From assembly GCF_009914755.1 (NCBI RefSeq), contig NC_060941.1: a stretch of 64,000 nucleotides of DNA. One strand, written 5' to 3'. Shown here piece after piece: positions 60,761 through 64,000 of this stretch. Each line of letters opens with the position of its first letter. Position 1 is the first letter of the stretch. The DNA comes from the human T2T-CHM13v2.0 reference genome, Homo sapiens. The notes under the pieces are model-generated. The model was not told the DNA's origin, did not search any database, and saw only the letters and a program-made list of their open reading frames with translations. The position numbers and the translations under genes were made by a program.

Positions 60761-60961
60761 GGGGTAGTTTCTTATAAAATTAAACATAAATTTACCATAC
60801 AAGCCAACAATTCTAGGTATCTGCTCAAAAGCAGTGATAACCTATGTCCACATAAAGACTTGTACATAAATGTTCATAGAAGCTAAAAAATGCAAACAAT
60901 TGAATGTCCACCAAACAGTGAATTGATAATCAAAATGTACTATATAAATACAATGATATTC

Positions 60962-61270
60962 TTTTTTTTTTTTTTTTTGACAGAGTCTCACTGTCACCCA
61001 GGCTGGAGTGCAGCGGCATGATCATGGCTCACTAGGCAGCCTCGACCTCCTAGGCTCAAGCAATCCTCCCACCTCAGTCTCCTGAGTAGCTGGGACTATT
61101 TAAATTTTTTTTTTTTTTTTTTTTTTTTTTTGTAGAGACGGGGCCTCTATATGTTTCCAGCTACTCGGGCGGCTGAGGTGGGAGGATCACTTGAGCCCAG
61201 GAGTTTGAGACCAGCCTAGGCAACACAGTGAGATCCCATCTCAAAAATTTTAAGAAAAAAGAAATAAAAG
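60962..61270. mobile_element. Fused inverted Alu pieces (minus-strand Alu joined to plus-strand FLAM-like monomer)
   Basis: Reverse Alu 60962-61160 switches at ...tttccagct to forward monomer sequence 61157-61250. Confidence 0.85.
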
Positions 61271-63559
61271 AAACAAACTACTGATACATGCAGCAACATA
61301 GATGAACTTCAAAAACATTATGCTAAGTAAAAGAAGCCAGAAACAAAATATTACATATGGTATTATTCCATTTATATGAAATACCCAGAAACAGTAAATC
61401 TTTAGAGACAGAAATAATTAGTGGTTGCCTGAGGCTGCAGGCAAGAATGGGGATCAACTACAAACAAGTACAAAGGGTTTTTTAGGGTGATGGAAATGTT
61501 CTAAAACATGGTGGTAGTTGTACAGCTCTGTAAATTTACTAGAAAAGTCATTGAATTGAACATTTAAAGTATGTAAATTATAACCACATTAAAGCTGTTT
61601 TAAAAAGAAATCTATACAGATAAACAAAACAAAATAAAATTGATAGCTCTGATACTGACTCTGATACTGACTCTGTCTCAAAATGGGAATGTTTAGCTAC
61701 CCATTCACCAATGATTACAAGAAGCATCATGGTAAGTATAGTTTCTGAGCTATGATTACTTCCATATGACAAATGCTCAGAAGACTATTTTTAACTCCTT
61801 TTGTTCCTGTACAACTGATTTCATTCCCTTTCAACAAAATTAACAAGAATTAGCTTGTTGAAAAACACAAGGGCACCCGCTACTTGACAGTAGGAAAGGA
61901 AGGTTAAAAAATCAAGTATAAAAGAGTTGGCCTGATTGGACATTTCCCATACTTAGTTATTTTATTATCGATTTCAGACAAATACCTAACTACTGATTTT
62001 TGCTCTTTCTAAATTGGGCTAAAATTCATAAGGATCCAGATACATAAGGATATATTACTTCTTTGTTATATTTTGTGCTTTTATGGACCATACTGTCTCA
62101 CTTTCTGTTCTGTTAATAATTTAGTGTGTTTTACTAGGCTGTGGTTATTAATTAGTTAATGAGCACTATCTCTGGACTGCAAAGCAGCAGTGATATAAAT
62201 GCACCTGGGGAAGTTCACTGAGGGTTCATTCAGGAATGTGAGTTCTCTCGTAAGACAAAATAAGAAAATAAAGAATTATCTTTTCTTTACAGTCTGAGAG
62301 AGAGAGAGAACTAGTACAACCTGAAGGACTAGAACCGGAAAATCAAGCTGATGGTAAGTAAGGAATAGGTCATATAAAAATGCAAGAGAGAGTTCTGGGC
62401 TCCAAGTAATGAAAAGAGTAATAATGGACCATTAAGTAGTGTTTGTTCAAATGTCGGTGGATGGGAGGTATGACCACAGCCTAGGCTGACTTAACAGAAG
62501 TTAACAAAGAGCCTTTCCTATTTTCTCAAGGGCTGCTATGAAATTACTTAAGGAGTAAGAAAGGATAACAAAGGCCCTGGCTGAGATTTTTGCTTCTGTA
62601 GACGCAGGTGCAGAAAAGGCTGGTTCTAACACATCTTGTCAATGTCTTTAATGCCACCAGACTGATGAATATAGTGAAATATCTATCGTGATCCCATTTT
62701 TACTTATTCAGTTGACATAATTAGCAAATCTATTAAGGGTAAGGTCACAAATTATTTTTAGTTATTAAACCATAGGTCTCCATATGTTACTGTTTAGACA
62801 GTATCACCCAGTGCAGAATGTAGTTTTCAAGACTGTCATTCCTGCAACCTCAAATCTAGATCCAAATGCAGTCAGTTAAAGCAGATTTCAACCAGGCAGC
62901 TAAACGAGAAAACATCTGGACCTACCAGTCAAAATGAGAAAGGTCACATGTTAAACCCAGATAATCTTGTTTATTGGTGTTTGAAGGTTATACACCAAGG
63001 GCTGGATTACCAGGGTGCTCCTTTAGGCCTGGCTCTGACATCTTCATTCACCTGCTGTGTGTGTGACGCTTTAAAATCCAAAGCTTTGAAAGTACTGTGT
63101 TATTAGTCACTTCCAAATGTAATTTTCCTAATTCTAAGCCTGAATACTATGTCAACCTATTGCTAGACTGCTGATTAGATCCTGGAAGAAACCGCAAGAC
63201 ACAACTGTCAGGGGCAGATGATGTCTATTCTTTTAAAAACTGTTTTCCACATTTCCATTCAGCATTTTTCTATGGATGAAGCACCTGTAATTTTCTCCAT
63301 CAAAATTAAGAAAAGAAAAGGCCTCTGAATAAGCAAGGAATAAAATTAAAAGATTGACATAGATTTCAGGATGATGATGAAGAAAGGGAGATTGAATCTT
63401 TCATTATTTTTCATAATTAGTATTATTTTATATACAAACAACTGAACCAAAATTGTTTATGTTGGAAGCAATTCCACATGCCAGTGCATATGAAACTATT
63501 ATGAAAACAGCAAAGTCAAGTTTCTTAAGACTTTACATGCTTTGGTCAGATCTTTTTAA

Positions 63560-63693
63560 TCTTTTTTAGGTTGTGAACATCTTTGAGAACTGTACTCTTT
63601 GCCCAGAAAAAGGTACACATGCCCATAAACACGAAATTTCACATACTATTGATTGATTTCTCAAACCCTGAGATCTCAGGTTGAGAATCTCTG
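63560..63693. mobile_element. Possible MER103-like hAT relic
   Basis: ctttgagaa...cccagaaaaaggtacacat...aaatttcacatac...caggttgagaatctctg resembles MER103 as I recall it. Confidence 0.45.
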
Positions 63694-64000
63694 CCTCAGG
63701 CCTTTAAATAGGCTCAGGCTTAAAGACACCTCTGTGTTATATTTTGTAAACTTCATATAATAGTGGTTGGCATTTTTCAAATTTTTTGCTCAAGCATCCT
63801 CAAAAGAATTTTGAAAAATTATATATCTCTCTTATACATAGTGGACATTAAGTACATACTAAGTTGACATCTATAATTTTTCATCATGAGTTTAACTATT
63901 TTTAAACAAAAGAATACAGTTTGTGTATTGTAAATAATGATAGTTTAAACCATTACCACACCCTTTCAAATGTATCTACTTAGGAATATATACATATTTG

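Larger units (their letters stand above)
59824..61610 (+). mobile_element. L1M (end of ORF2 plus 3'UTR), interrupted by an MLT1 LTR and Alu pieces
   Basis: atgaaaagatgctcatcatc...gtcattagagaagtg...gcaaggatgtgaagaaatggaaccctc...ttggaaaacagtttggcag, resuming at 60764 (gtagtttcttataaaattaaacata) and at 61265. Confidence 0.85.

Noticed and set aside
61647-61675. 12-bp tandem duplication CTCTGATACTGA x2.4
   Set aside because: Ordinary micro-duplication with no further structure.

Overview
Human (primate) genomic DNA that I recognise as 17q12. It contains the last coding exon and 3' end of GRB7 (+ strand, about 314-850) and, converging on it, the 3' half of IKZF3/Aiolos (- strand). The IKZF3 part has five coding exons (46232-46492, 44975-45142, 41817-41933, 31209-31325, 19354-20057), which I spliced by hand into the known zinc-finger protein, plus an inferred ~8 kb Alu-rich 3'UTR ending near 11280. 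The ~10 kb gap between the genes holds an orphan CpG island (~7400-8715) and a compact NF-kB/RUNX/forkhead motif cluster (~9640-9830). The rest is intron, filled with about 50 Alu pieces plus L1, L2, MIR, MER5/MER58, an MLT1 LTR and a MADE1 remnant. Nearly all other ORFs in the track are Alu- or GC-content artefacts. I cannot demonstrate a new biological system. The best leads are four. (1) IKZF3 exons 4-7 are all 3n and phase 1-1, so any back-spliced circle would carry a stop-free zinc-finger ORF. (2) The IKZF3 3'UTR contains inverted Alu pairs. (3) The orphan CpG island has a CTCF-like site and a strong + strand splice donor. (4) Several unusual compound or nested repeats are present, including a Hsmar1/MADE1 TIR inside an Alu. 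Repeat boundaries and subfamilies are by eye and approximate. Exon numbering and SNP identities are from memory and need checking.
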